Part shown: positions 36,413 through 50,804 of the stretch, one piece after another
How the letters are laid out: every line of letters starts with the position of its first letter
Numbering within the stretch: the first letter of the stretch is position 1
From: Azolla caroliniana
Taxonomy: Eukaryota; Plantae; Polypodiophyta
NCBI GenBank assembly: GCA_043228905.1
Contig: JBHGNT010000011.1
Location: 14,384,001 to 14,448,000, forward strand
DNA length: 64,000 nucleotides
Reading direction: 5' to 3'
Translations under genes and position numbers: made by a program
The notes under the pieces: model-generated
What the model was told of the DNA's origin: nothing
The model's input: only the letters and a program-made list of their open reading frames with translations
The model's database searches: none

Positions 36413-38144
36413 CCCCCTCACACACACACACACTATGTACACCATATACACCATATGTATATATCTATGTACCACGTATGGATTTCAATCATACTTGGAG
36501 CCTTTTCACGTATGAGTATGATACAAATATTGGCGTTTGAGTATGACACGAATGGGACGTACGGCTAGAACTATGTGCTAGCACAAGAGGACCTGACGAA
36601 CCAGGTGGAGGGTCAGGCGTTACCGAACAAGACGACTACAGCCGTGTGTTGGTTCCTGATCGAAGAGGTGGTATGTCGGTAAGGGTGCGTAGGGAAGATC
36701 GTAGCGGACCGTGGACAACTGGATGCACAAGAGGCCGAAGAGTTGTTTGATCGATTAGGGTTACCACGGCATACAATCCAGAGGCAAACGGGAAGGTGGA
36801 ACACAAACACGGGCCAATCGTAAAGGCGTTGGTACGAGCATGTGAAGGCCAAGTCAGGAATTGGCCGCGGCTCCTACCTTACGCGTTGTGGGCGAACCGA
36901 ACTACGCACAGTTCGGTAACCGGGTTCATGCCGGCGGAGCTGATGTACAAGCAAAAGCCGACCATGCCAATGGAGCGAACGATCTCCTCATGGGCCGCGG
37001 TGGACTGGAGAAACGAGATGAGCCAGAAGGAGTTGTTAGCGGCGCAAATCCAACAGCTCGAGCGAAGATCGGTGGACGTGGAACGAGCAACGGCGAAGAT
37101 GCGTGCGGCAAGGACAAAGAACAAGGGGCAATTCGACCGGACTCACCAGCTACGACCGAAGAAAATCGAGGAAGGCGATTGGGTTCTGGTCTACGACAGC
37201 AGCCTCAACAAACAGCACATGGCAATGAGGAAATTTGCGAGGAGGTGGTTCGGACCTTACACGGTGACAAGCACCAATGACAACGACACCTACCATCTCG
37301 CGGAGCTCGACGAAACGAGGATAGTTGTGCCGGTGGCCGGGAAGAGGATCAAGGCGTTCAAGAAGCGGCATGAGGATGAACCGGACCTAGAGGACATCGA
37401 CAGCGACGGCGACCGGTTCGAAGCTGATGGCGATCCAGAGAACGGAAGATAAGCGTGGGCCGGTCTTCTCCCGCGAAGGTCTATTCTGGCGCATACCGGT
37501 GGATGCGCGGTTAGGTGGGGGCGGATGTCGTGGAGAAAACCGTCCCTAGGAGGAATCGGTGAATAGTGTGCGTGAACCGGCCCTTACACACGGGCACATG
37601 TTTTGATGTATCGTACATACTTAGGTACAGGTCGGCGATGTGGATATCCTAGGTAGCGCGTGTGCATTAGGTAGGGAATCGAGGAGGATCTCTTTACGAA
37701 AAGGACAGAGAATAAAAAATGATGGAACGGGTTGTAACGTCTCTCTCCCCTTGGACTATAAAGGGAGAGGAAAGGGGACTGAGTGGGGATCGTGTTGTGG
37801 AGCTCGGTCCCAGTCCATTCATCATTCTCTGCAGGTTTTGGGAGGCTGCCTCTTCTTCGTGGAAAGCCCGAGTGCTTCCAGAAGAGGCTCCATCTAGCAT
37901 TGTCCGTGTGCATTGTGTGAGTTGGTGTCAGCACGTTGACGCTTACCGGCTAGCCGGCTGTAACCTTGATCATATATATATATTCCTTATTCGTTGTTCG
38001 ATCTTCATTGTGAGTTCTTTGTGTATTTGTGTGCGCGGCTCAACCGTGGTTTCGTGTCGCTCCTCCCTCTGTTCGGCTATTCCTCAGTTCAAGACCCCCG
38101 CGATCCCGCCTTGGTTTCTCCTGCGCGTGCAGAATAACACGACA
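33762..38144 (+). mobile_element. Ty3/Gypsy element G3 (G2-related), 5'-truncated RT-RH-INT plus PPT and 3' LTR 37526-38144
   Basis: Protein near-collinear with G2 pol (PFLDDIPIKG, VTVDTSPTGIG, WFGPY). Identical PPT gttaggtgggggcgga (37510-37525). LTR TGTCGTG...CGACA. Confidence 0.9.
35995..36575. mobile_element. Non-autonomous TIR DNA transposon (MITE, hAT/P-like ends) in G3 integrase
   Basis: TIR CATAGTTC...GAACTATG; TSD TGCTAGCAC (35986-35994, 36576-36584). Removal restores LVLAQEDLTNQVEG. Subterminal ACGTACG repeats and a (CT)n core. Confidence 0.9.
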
Positions 38145-39105
38145 CCGGGAAAGAGCTGATTTGGATGAGAAATTTCCTCAACGAGCTAGGAATGAAGCAA
38201 AGGGAGTTCTTGCTTCATTGCGACAACTAGAGCACCATACATCTAGCCAAGAATGTTGTGTACCACTCCTAAACCAAACATATACAGAGGATATATCATT
38301 GGTTGCGGGAGAAAGTGGAGGAAGGAGTGTTTACCCTTGTAAAGATCCATACTAACGACAATGGATCCAACATGCTGACAAAGAACCCATTGAGACCCAA
38401 AGTTTGTCGATAGAGGACAGGACTAACTGACTCAGCCCATAGGAGTGTAGGGGAAGTTTGTTAGGAATATGTCCCTCCTATGGGATCAACCGACTGGTCG
38501 AGCCGAGTGTTGAAAGTCGAAAACAAGAAGCAGCCGACTAGTCTGGTCGAGAGCCGACAATTGAAGACATGGAGAGTCGATTAGGGGAGTCGACAGTAGG
38601 AGAGTCTAAGTCGAGGACACAACCGACTAGTCGGGCCAACCAGTTGGTTGAACACGAGACCAACTAGTTGATCAGTCGAGTGATTAACTATTATGGTTAT
38701 AATAGGAATGACAGTAGCAGTGGTCACATTTGTAAATATCCCATATAGTGTATAAGTATAAATACACTTAGGGCAAACATAGAGAGAAAAAAGTTAATAT
38801 GCACGAACCTCTATTGTATAGTGCGACAGAGAAGAGAGTGTGTGTGTGAGCGAGAGGGAACGACGCCATAGCTAAGTGAGCTTAGACGTCAAGAGCCATG
38901 TGTGGACGTTACACTCTACAGTGAGAGAGTGTTGTAATCTCGATATCTTGTATATCCATTGTATAGTGAATATCTGTTCTCCCGTGGTTTTCTCCGTTTA
39001 GGGTTTCCATGTAAAACTGTGTACCTTGTTCATTTTGTTGTTTTCTGTTCCAAGTTGTGTATTTTCTACATATCTTTCTCACGAATATTCAATTCGAACT
39101 CAACA
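38145..39105 (+). mobile_element. Copia RNase H end, PPT and 3' LTR (38459-39105), probably the 3' end of C4
   Basis: GKELIWMRNFLNELG..LHCDN..IHLAKN..TKHI; purine tract gtaggggaag; TGTTAGG...CTCAACA. Confidence 0.8.
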
Positions 39106-39490
39106 CATACATCAATGACTTTGGTGTCTCGTTTAGTTATTGTTGTTAACTATCTTTTTTGGCTTGTGGATTGGTTATTTTAATGATTACCTTTTCATAA
39201 TCATGTCTCCAAATGTTTACTCATGTAGAGCTTGATGTTGCAAAGGAAAAACAAAGAGAATAAATTAAAATTGAGGATTTGTTTATTGTCGTTCTTTGGA
39301 TGTTTGAAGTGGTTTTGAATGTTGATTCTTAAGTTATTATAGGTGAAGGATACCAATCTATTTTGTAAGTTTTGTTTTAGTATTAGAACTTCTTGTTATA
39401 TTGTACATTCCACATATGATAGGAATTTTATTATGATTATACCAATGCGCACAAACTCTTGGTTTGTGATGTGTTACATGATAACGCAAT

Positions 39491-39803
39491 TAGAAACCAA
39501 CAACGGTTTGGTTTCGGCTTAACCGGTTTGGCCTTGCCCAAACCAAACCAAATAAGCCTTGATTGGTTTGGAAAATTTCAAACATGAATCGAACCAGTTC
39601 TTAAATAGTTTTGACTAAACCTATTAAGCCTTAAATGGTTTGGGAATTGGTTTGGCCCAAAATGGTTCGGTTCAGCTTGAGCCTTGCCAAACTAAGCTTA
39701 AACCGGTTTGGTAAGCTTGAGCCGGAACCGAGCCAAATTGAACCTGTTTAAAAATAGTTTTAACGGCCGGTTTAAGCTTGAGTTGAGCCATCGCCGACTC
39801 CTA
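39491..39803. mobile_element. hAT-like MITE with AACCG/CGGTT subterminal repeats
   Basis: TAG...CTA ends (right TIR ccatcgccgactccta), imperfect 8-bp TSD aacgcaat/actgcaat, many aaccg/cggtt motifs. Confidence 0.6.
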
Positions 39804-41159
39804 ACTGCAATTGTGAAATTTAAAAGAGAGTTAATTTTTTTGAGATCTCTTATTGTTTTTGAATGACATGAACAATAGTTGGAATTCTACTTGAAGAAGT
39901 GTATGGAAATTTTTCGAGAGGGTTCACACACATGCATACTCTTTTTTTCTATGGTAGATTATGATGCATTTAGACTTAAGTTTTAAAACAAGGGAACAAT
40001 ATGTTACTTAGGAGGACTAATAATCATATCAATGAGACTTTATAGGTTAAAATGTGAGAATTAATGATTGCTAAATACAAGTTGGAGACTAAAACCAAGA
40101 TAAAAAGTTATAGCTCAAAACCCACCGTCTCTCAATATCCTTTGATTAAAACTTTGCGAGTTAGCAGAAGATCAAGTAGATTGGAGGAGAGGTGCATTGA
40201 ATGTGATCTCACCATGAATTCATATTCTCTAATCATGTAGTTCTTTAGATTTGATTACATTGCGAGCTCATACATGTGTGTGCCCACCTATATTCCAAGA
40301 GTACTATTTTGCCAAATAACTATAAGATTTTTTCTATTTATTGGTCAAATTTCAATCCTAGTTGGGCTCAAAAGGTGGATCCAGAAGAAAAGGGAAGGAA
40401 AAGAAAGAGTTGATCGATGATTATATTACTTCTTCTGGATGACCTTGTTCATGACACAACTTCATTCAAATGAAGCACCTTCGATATTGGCCTATAATTT
40501 ATTTGACTTCAAAAGGTTACTTCATGTTTGAGACAAGGACTCCTATAAAGCCTTTGTTGCCATTAGGTATCTCTACGTTGTACTATAATTAACATTGTTT
40601 CTATAGGCAAAACAAGTAGGCAATAAGATGGCGTAGTTCTCCAACATAGTCGTTATTCTTCGAGATCACCCAAAATTGAGAGATATTGAATGGAGGACGC
40701 AGACATTTCGTTTATAGTATTTATATTATTCTACCTATTGGTTGGATAAGTAGTAACTTTGCATGCCCATGGGACATCTCCAACTCGAGTGAACCAATGA
40801 TGTTCCATCATTACCAATATCATACAACTAGCATACATCAAGAGAGTTGTTTGGATGGTCAATTGATTGATCAATGCAACAGCCTTCAAAGTAGCATTTG
40901 ATTTCCAACCAACCAAACTACTCTTTGCATCAATTTCCATGTGGTGGACTAACTTTCATTTCCACTTCCTTTCCCTCTTCTTACATAGATGATACAAAGT
41001 TAATTTGCTTTTTGAGTGGGCATCGGCCATTCCTTGCTAATTTTGATAGATTTATATAATGTGAGGACAACAATCAATCAATTTCGAAGATAAGACCAAT
41101 GAGATTTCTTTGTCTCACACCAATAAGGAAATCGGTTTATGCAGTTGTTTGCCTTCTTC

Positions 41160-43800
41160 TTCTTCTTCTTTTCAAAAAAGAATATACTCCTTTAGTTAAA
41201 ATATACACAAACTCGATCCCTTTCTCGGGAAGGTGGAGCTGAGACTATCCTATCCTACACAAGAGATCTTGCTTATTTATCTAACACTTTCACATATGGC
41301 TCTAGCCATCCTTTCATGCACATCACCTACATTCACTATCCCACATGCCATGTATTTCACGCCCCTCGTTCATCTAATGGGAGGGGGGAACAACCATTTG
41401 GGTACTTCATACTTCCATAGTATACCCAGTCCATTTGTTGCGGCCATCGGTGTAGTACGCCATTGCTTTCAAAAATTCAGCCTCATTAGTTCTACAACAT
41501 CATTAGTATCATCAATCCGCTCATATTGAGCTCTTAGTGTAGTTATTAATGTGTGCCAAATTAGCTTAATCGATTCAGTTGGGGGGCGTTTGTGTGTTGA
41601 AAATACCCTGGTACACCTTGTTGTCCATGTATACCATATAGTAATGGGGGCAAGCAACATCCAAAAATCTCCAAGTTTTTAATTCTGTGCACAAGTTGTA
41701 GGTACCCTGTTGTCAGTGATCAACCGTAAAATTCCATTCTCCCCTCTGTACTTAGCATCGCATGTGTTATCGTATTTCGTCATATCATCCTCAAGACAAA
41801 TCCAGCAACAAGCATGTCCCCAATTGAGGGTGAACAAACTAGAGGCATGGCAAAGCAAACGTAGCGCCCTTCCCCATACAACCACTACCTCGTGACATTC
41901 CCATAGACAATGGGAAATGCTTTCTATCTGTCCACAGACAATACATTTAGGGTCTACATTGGGGCCTTTACCCCACGTCCCTATCGGCATGGCTCTATGT
42001 GCAATAAGCCATAAACACATCATTATCTTGCGGTCATATTTGTCATGCCATATCATTTTCCATAATTTATCTAGTCTCATTTCACTAATGCCCTCCTGTA
42101 TCCAAAATTCCTTGTTGCAATCTTGTCGTGTTCTTGTTCTAGAATAATTTGCCTCCCAATCTTCGTGTTATACCTGAAAAATTGAACCAGCTTTTTCCAT
42201 TAGTTCGTCCTTGAGTTTTTCAACAATACATCGTTGGGTCCCATGATAGCTAATCCAAATGCCCTTGTAGAGTTTGCCTTCTTATATGTGGTATTACTTG
42301 AGATGAAGAGGTATTAATGGTGCAAATTTGGCATGGGCTTTGAAATCACGTGAAGGATGTGTGTCTTACTTTTCATGAATATTTCTCAATTCCTTACAAA
42401 GGAAATTGAATGATGTTATATTATAATGATTTATTATTTGAGTAGCAACAAATATAATCCCCTAGATAAAGTAGAATTATCCCTTAGTGGCCATAACTCC
42501 ACCTTTAGGGCTACCTTCCTCCTATAAACCACCCTACTTTGATGTAGATCGAGGTGACACATATTTGAGGACCTTTATTTGAAAGTGAAAATTAGTTGTT
42601 TCAAGCAAACCCCTTATGTTCTTAGTGTGGTGGCCCCACACACGTCTTAGTGCATTGTTTGCACATGTCAAGAGGTCAACCAAACCAAGTATATGCTAAT
42701 GATAAACTTGTTTCCAAGACTCCCATTAGATCTACTAATCCTACTTCATCGAATAAATTCTAATTTTTGAGTTTATTAGAATAATAGTTAAACAAGTGAA
42801 TCTAACCAACATTGGATTCGCTTAGACCATTCAAGATATTCAAATGTATTTTCGCAATATTGGTTCTATTTTATTGAATTGAGTTAGCACAATTTTTACA
42901 TTAAAGTCGAACTCAATATAGCTATGTGTCATCAATTTATCATGTCTTCTCTCTTGGATTCAAAAACCAACTCTTGCTTCATGGATCAAGATATTCACAT
43001 GACAGAACAAAATCCTCATTAAAAAGCTTTATTGGGAAATATAGTTGAAGAATTCGAGCTAGTTTGTTCGGTTCTTGGTGATTTGGCATGCATGATTTCA
43101 TTCAATATGATTAGTAATCTGAAGCATCTAGCATTTCTTTTTATCCCTTGGTTTGGATTCCATAATTGGGAAAAGCGCGCAAATAAGGAGGCTTAGTAAA
43201 ATAGCACATCCAACTACCCCATTCCTAGAAAGTCGGAATTAGGATTCGATCAAATCTCAATGATTTCTCTATGGAGGTTACTCAAAAAGGGATGAGAAAA
43301 AGAAATGTCTAGCATTGCAACGTTAGCAACAATATCTTCAAGTCCAGAGGGGTTAAAAAAGCCTAACAATATATTTGATGAGACGAAGGCTAGTAGATTT
43401 GTCTTGTGTTGATCTACAACCAAGGAAGAGATCGGCGTGGGGACACCAATTTATAATACACTACTATTTACTATGAGAGGTTGACGGTTTACAAGGATAT
43501 ATTGATGGGAATCTGGTGAATGGAATCTAGATTCAGTGCCAGGGTAGGCCCATCATTTCTTGTTAGAGAAGGAAGGTGGGTTTTTCATCTGTGTTTGGTC
43601 GCGGAGGATCGAGGGTTCGAGGTCGTCTCAAAAGACACTTCCGGAGTGCGTGCGTGTCTCGAGAAGGGCCCAGACACAATTCACGAACAAAGGTGCGAGC
43701 TCAGTGACGCGGATCGATCTGATCTGAATGTTGAATGCGTGAATCGCGAGGGCAACATTAGGGTTTATGATTTGGGCATTCACATGCTCTCTTTCTGATG
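41160..43800 (-). mobile_element. Decayed LINE (L1-like): zf-RVT 3' region and probable ORF1 remnants
   Basis: LWKMIW..KIMMCLWLIAHRAMP..KCIVCGQIESISHCLWEC (zf-RVT) at 41679-42080. Remainder degenerate; boundaries approximate. Confidence 0.6.
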
Positions 43801-44365
43801 CATGTGGATGTGGCCAAGCCTTGGAATGGAATGAAGATGGTGGTGATCTGTAATGTACAGTATCTCTCTGTATGTATGTATGTATGTATCATAATGTATG
43901 TATGTACATATATCAATGGGAGACAGAGACAGAGAGACAGAGACAGAGAAGAGAGAGTTAGGAATCATTGAAGGAGGAGCTAACCCCTTAACATGTGCCC
44001 AACCCAAGATTAGTATTGGCTCTGTTACAGAGAGAGAGAGAGAGAGGGGGGGCTCTCTCATCTCTCATCTCTCATATACATACAAATATAGTCTTCTTTC
44101 ATCTCCATAGCCCTTTTTTTTTGCTTGATTTCCTTCCTCCCTTCTTCCTCCCCTGTTTCTATCATACCCATGGATCCTCCTCATGTTTCTGAAGCTTTTT
44201 TGTGAAAGAAACAATAACAGAGATAGGATAGCTTTACCTTTTGAAAGCTGCAGCGGTCTCTGTCCCTGCTTGCATCGCTCTCTGCATTTCTTTTTCTTTC
44301 TTTCTTTCTTTCTTTCTTTTTCATTCTTCTTTGCTTTTGCTCTCGTTCCTTCTTAAGAGGACGAT

Positions 44366-47041
44366 ATGAGAGGAGGCGATGATAGAACAGAGGAGAACCT
44401 CTCTCTCTTCCAAGACATGAGAAACAGAGAGAAGCAGAAGAATGGGCAAGTGTTTATAATGCCGAGTGTCTTGATTCAATCCAGAAATGGAGGTTAGATT
44501 TTTGAATCCATTGCTTAGTATCTATTTATTTTAAAGCTTGTATCTTGATTTCTTTATCAATCCATTTCTTTTCCCGCTCTTCTGCTATAGTTTATCCTGT
44601 TTAATTCATTTGTATTATTTGTGTTTTCAAACCCCCTACTATTTTTCTTTCAGGACGAAAAACAGTAAATGACTCTGTAGATGATGATATGCTCTCCTCA
44701 GATTCAGAAGGAAAGAATGATTATGACTGGTATACTAATCTTCCAGTTTTCATCTACTATATAATGGTAATCGGATGATTATGTATGATGGTCATGTTTG
44801 ATTAGCTTAAGTAAGTGATTAAGTTATGGTTAACTTTACTAATGTGATCAGGGGATTAGTTTATATATAGACATGATATCATCTAGACAATACATGGTAT
44901 GGTTTTAGCGAGGTTTATCATGTTAGATTACCTTAAATAAAGTAATTAAGGAATGCTCAAATTTACTAATGTGGTTAGGGGGAAATATATAGTTTGCCTA
45001 TTTAAATATATCATCTACGCAATGTATAATATGGTTTTAAGCATGATAATCATCTTCTGATTAGTTTTACATAAGACGATTAATGTATGGTTAACTTTAA
45101 TAATGTGATCGGAGTCTTATCTTCTTTCTTGTTGTTGTGTTAGGCTCCTCACTCCTCCACAAACACCGATTCTATCGATGGACCTCAAACAATTTAATAG
45201 CGGTTGCTCGTTAGCCGCACCAAAACAGGTTTCTCCTAGGCTCTCCAAGGTAAGTTTGAATGTTTTGGCAATAATTATATATATATAAGAACAAAGAGCA
45301 CCAAAGTACATTTAGTTTTTCAAAACAGTTATTCTTGGTGGTTTTTCTAAAATCCTGAGTAGTCTTATGGTTAACATATCCAAAAAGTTAATGGTCTTTT
45401 GGTGTCTCTGAAAATATCTGATTGAATATGTTTAATGAGATCATTTTTTACACTTAACATATTAGGGTTGAGATGATTATTGAATCCTGGTTTGAATGCA
45501 GAGCCAAACCATTACTCGCAGTTCGGTGAATGCATCCTTCTCATCCCAAACAAAGTCTTCTACTAAACCAAGCCCAAAGATGGACAAAAGGCATTTGTCG
45601 CCTAGACCAATGCCCTGTGTAAAGCCGAGTTCTGTCTCAAGTGTTAATGTTCACCTTCACGATGCAAAGGCTAATGGCCGATCATCATGGCCAAGCGTGA
45701 AACCGAATTCCAGTGCGATGAATGCCCATAATCACAGCTCATTGACGATGAATGCCCGATCACAGTCTCCACTTGTCCATGCTGCCCGATCACAGTCACC
45801 ACTTGTCCATTCACGAGCTTCACCATCTTTGAGACAGGCAACACCTATGAGGCAATCAACTCCTCTACGACAGGGGATGAGCCCAGATTCTCTGGTTAGA
45901 TCTTCTTCAGCAAATGATGCCACATCATCATCATCATCATCATCAAGAACTACGATAATGCCTTCCTCAACCTCTCCGATGAGGTCGATGCAATCTCGGA
46001 GATCGTTGTCCAACTCTAGAGGCTATTCGGGAGGAGGTCCCTATCATGGAGGCGAGCCAGGTCATACGAGTGCACACCCTAGATGGCTATCCCGATCCTC
46101 GACATCAGATGTGCACGAGGGGAACCAAGGTGCGAAACCGAAAAATGTGTCGGGCCGATCGACAACGATGCCAAACATGCATGATGCCAACAGAGGTGTG
46201 AAACCGAATGAAAAGATGGCCAATAGAACACCACCAGCAATTGGTGGGCTAGGAAGTAAACTTCGGGATAAGATATCACAAAATCTAAGGAGAGTTAAAC
46301 CCTCATCATCCCAAGGGGAGGTTCACGCTGGAATTGGAATAAGGAAGGCGCTGAAGCCAACTCTCCGGAACAATAAATCAACAATTAGTACCACAAATCC
46401 TAATGGAAACCAAGCTTTGGAAATGGTCCTTCAACGAATGGTATGTCAGATTAAGAAATAAAATCTCGGTTAGAGGTGATTCCTATGCAATGCTAAATGT
46501 AACTTATTTGCTTTTAACAGTTTTTCAAGTTTATTGTTCTATATGTTGCTTTTTTTGTGTGTCTTCTGTACAGGATACTTGTAAGAGTGCAACATCGTCA
46601 GGGCTCCGTGCTTTCATGTCCAATATCTCCTTATCATCTTTGCACAGTATTCAGTGCGGGAAGAAAGGAGCAGTTCCCATGAGCTCTTTGATAGATTCTC
46701 CGATGGCAACAAGTAGTACGGTGAGCACTGATCAGACTCAAAGCACTATTGTTGACCCCGAAGGTAGCATCGATGAGTCTTTAAGCGAGAGAGGAAGCCG
46801 AGCATCAGTTGCCAGTAGGAGTGGTTTATCTTTGCCCGAGATCTCTATTTACTCTAAGGAAAGCCACATCACTAATTGGCTCGGTGACCATGATTATGGA
46901 AAAGAGGATGTGGAGATCATGCAAATCTTCGAGCAACGGCTAGCAAGTCTGTCTGGTGGTGGCACCGAGTCTCCGCTCATTAATGAACTTGATGGTACAA
47001 TTGAACTAGATCATTTCTGTCTAGATTCCATGCCTTGGTGA
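44366..47041 (+). CDS. BPP-like (basic proline-rich) microtubule-associated protein, ~571 aa; exons 44366-44492, 44654-44729, 45144-45249, 45502-46440, 46574-47041
   Basis: All four introns are GT-AG with consistent phases. Family-like motifs EENLSLFQDM, GKNDYDWLLTPPQTP, LEMVLQRMD..LRAFMSNI, DSPMATSS; S/P/R-rich middle. Confidence 0.85.
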
Positions 47042-50000
47042 AGGGTATGTATGTTGATCTATTGATGTTCAAATTAAGGAATTTGTAGAATACACTTTTG
47101 TGTAAGTAGGTAGCTAATTACTCTCTAAATTTGGAGAGGGAACTAGATTTGGGGTGTAGGAGTCGAACTCTCAACCCTTGGATCATTGGTACCCCATTTT
47201 AAGCGGCTCTTATATACAATTGTGTATAATCTAAAAAGATTACAAGGGTGCAAGCCTTTGAACTTAAGATGCAAAGATGTAAAGATTTGTTTGGGGGCTT
47301 TGGCCTCCTTAAATGATTTTTTTTTACCAAAGATTAGTCACAATCAAACAAGCTATTTCGTGAAATCTTTCTCAAATCTTTTGAAAACAATGTCGTCATG
47401 CTTTGTATTGGTTCAAGGAAACATTTGTCTTATTTGATATGTAATGTTGTGAATGGTCAATTATAACAGAGAGACTTGTACTAATGGATCTACTTATGCT
47501 ATATATCAATCACTACTGATGACTTGAGGTTTAATGTGTTTAGTCACAATCAAACAAGTTATTTCGCAAAATCCATCTTAATATTGGTTCGAGGAAACAT
47601 TTGTCTTGTTCCCTATGACGTCTCTTAATAACATATATGTTAACGATAAACTCATTTCAAAGAGCTTGTTTGGTTGTTTCGGTTTTTGTGGGCAATATAG
47701 CTTTTTTGTGTGTACAAGTGTGTGCTTATATGTTATGTATGTTTTGTCTAGTTTACCTAACTTGGCGTCTCACAAAACAAACCTTCCATATGATACTTCT
47801 AGCTTTATTTAATGATTTTAGAATATATGACTTGCTCAATGCTTGGTAAAGACCAACTTGATTGGTTATTGTAAGATTTGTGTGCAATAAAGATAAGGTT
47901 TGAAATCATAAGTTGGAGTGTTATTTGAAGATCCTTTAGGAAATTGGACTTTTGCTTATTTTTTTGTTTGGCAAAGGACATATAAATATTAAAGACCATA
48001 GCAAACATAGTACTAGATATGTTTCCTTTATCTAAGACAAATACATGGCCATGGTATGCATCATAGATCCTTGTTACATGATATTCAATGTTACATGGCC
48101 GTGAGTATTAGATTTGACACATGGCTTGAAGATTGACATTTATACTTAGCTGCTAATTGACCTCTTACGGAATATATTCGACAAAAAAAATTTGGGATTG
48201 TAACTCAAACAAAGGAGGGATATAATTTTGTAATTAGTGTGGCATAAGCACAAGCCATCAATTCAATAGGAACGACGAGTCAAAGGAGGCTATAAGGATT
48301 CATCAGTTCTTAAAGAACACCTATTTTTGTAGTGTCTGCTTGTGATGGGGCATGTCATCACATTGTTGCAATCAAGGAAAATTGCTTGTAGGTGGTGGTG
48401 GACAAACACTTGAAAGCCTTCTTCATCTAATCTAGATATGCTCACATACAATACATCTTACCACAACGTGCTCATTGCTTTTAAGCTTGATTCATCTCTC
48501 ATAAATTCCAAAAGCTCTTCGGCTTTTTACCATGAACCTTGACTCCTATGCTACCCTTTGTTGGCATGGATACAATACGAAGCTCTCTAGACAATTGGAG
48601 AATCAACTTCCATTTCGTATCAACTATTTAGGTTTTTCCTCCAACAAATTCTTTACGTTTGTCAAGCATTTCAGGACCATGGTGGGCATATTTATCTCCT
48701 ATCTCTTTGATGTTGTCTAGTACGATATGGAGTAAATAGTCTTAAATAGTCTTTTATGGGGTTTTGCCTGATTTCGAGTTTCCCACAAGTAATATCATGC
48801 ATTGCTAAATGGAAAAAAAAAGTATGTCAAGATTTCACAAGTTGTTGGAGATCGCACAGAAAGGTGGTGTAAAAGAATCATTTTATAATGTGTTTATGTA
48901 TTCATTAAGCACAACATCATCATTCATGAATAATGTATTATATTTCATACACCAAAACTAATGGAGAGTGTTTCTTACAAATAACATTCCTCCCTAATAA
49001 ATGTTTTTCTAAGTACTAAAACATTTCACAAGCAATTGTTGTGAGAAATGAATCCATATATCATGATGGGAAGAATTTATATAAAGTAAAGCGAGGTCAT
49101 ACACAAATCATTAAACCGTTCAAACATGAAGATAAACAAAATTAGAGTTTCTTATCTTTTGCTAAGAGAATCGTGCGAGACGTTAGCATAGTGTGTGCCA
49201 TTGTAGGTTTACTAGGGAAAAATGGAATTAGCTATAGTAGTAGTATCATGTTCAGGTGATAAGGGACTTGTACAAGAGATGAGATACAAAGGGCACAAGT
49301 AGAGTTCACTACACGTGGAATAAGGAATAATGAATTAGTAAAGCATCATTTGGAAGCTAGAGGTTCCCTTCATTATTAGTGAGAGATAGATTAATAGGTG
49401 ATAGCAAATAGTAGAAATGCTTAGGAAATGCTTTCATTCTAGCTTAATTTGAGGAGATAGATACAAATGCTCATTGATATCATCTTCACTAAACACGTGG
49501 TAGTTATACATATTGATTGAGGGCATATGGCTCCTTGTTGGATATTTTGCTAGAAGCCCTCGTTTTTACTTGGATATTTTGCTTTAGGATCATCAATATC
49601 TAGAGTTGTGCATTGATTGCAACTTGTTAGGAAACCCGAGGATGTTTTGATTGGAGAAGCCTATATATCAAACATTGTATATTTACTTGATTAATATACA
49701 ACTTAAGATAGTGTAATTTTGAATAGTTTTAGCCCTTATTATTTAACATCCACTTCTTGTTTTGCTTTTGTGAAGGACACTTAGATGAATTTTGATCGAA
49801 CTTTTCGTTTTGCTAAAAGCTTTGTATTTTATTAAAATGAAACAAGTAAGTCTTGAATCTTGACTCTTGAAGAAACAAACAAAAAGAGAAGAGCAACGGG
49901 CACGACTACAACTAGAGGGATTTTATTATTTATCAACTAGAGGGATTTTTAGGGCCAATTGAATGCCTAAAAAAGACAAACCTGACAAAAAGCGATTGGA

Positions 50001-50798
50001 AGTCATTACGTGGCTATTCCTAGAGATTCAAGCAAGATAAGTAAAGGGAAATGGAATTCGCATTCATAGAAACGAGACTAGCGAGTTGGCATTACCCTTT
50101 GGGACAGCCCAAAAGGTGGCTTTGGAGCATTCAATTATTTTTCGATGTGAGGTGGAAGGAACAATGTATTTTTCTTTTTCTTTTTTTGTTGGGGGAAGGG
50201 GGAGCTTTTCAATGCAACGAGATGGATGGTTTGGGTGAAGAATCATGGGGACAAAGAAGGGGATTGGGGGGGGGGGGGTATCTAATCAATAGTTGAGACA
50301 CATTGGTCATAATCATTAACTAAAGGGGGTAGGTCAACTAACGAATCATTAGGACCGAAAGATGGGAAAAGGGAAAGGGATGAGAAGGGCACGATGGATG
50401 GGTCGTATGGATGAAAGGGTATTGGTTGGTCACGACTCTTTCTTTCTCAAGCGAGGAGGGGAGAAAAGGGGTACAAATGGATCATCTCGAGCTACCAATG
50501 GGGGGGGGGGGGGGGGGGGGGGGGCTCTTTCTATGTGTGAGGATAACAGGAGAAAAGGGGTTACAAATGAATTGTATCGGCTACGAAAGGGGACCCCTTT
50601 TCTGGAGGGGGTGTGTGTGTAGGGTTTAGGCGATCAAATCATTCTCGACGAAGCAGCAAAATGAAGATTTGACAGGAGCTTGGGGGTGGGGGGTTGGAAG
50701 GGTAGTTTCCTAATTAAGTAAAAGGTGGAGGTTTTGGGTAATTCCATTCCATACCCCTAGGGCCTACTTGGGTGTTTGGTGCTAGAGACTAATTATGT

Positions 50799-50804
50799 CA
50801 CGTG
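50799..50804. promoter_or_regulatory. G-box (CACGTG in palindrome GTCACGTGAC) upstream of JAZ; further G-boxes at 49312 and 49494
   Basis: About 250 bp before the ATG. JAZ genes are known MYC2/G-box targets, but function here is inferred. Confidence 0.45.

Noticed and set aside
47150-47205. B-box-like gttcgactcc on the minus strand as a tRNA gene
   Set aside because: No cloverleaf or A-box visible; at most a SINE relic in a 3' UTR.
47330-47610. Short local duplications (ttagtcacaatcaaacaag; also at 2370-2420, 49910 and 56710-56815)
   Set aside because: Ordinary slippage or repair duplications with no further structure.
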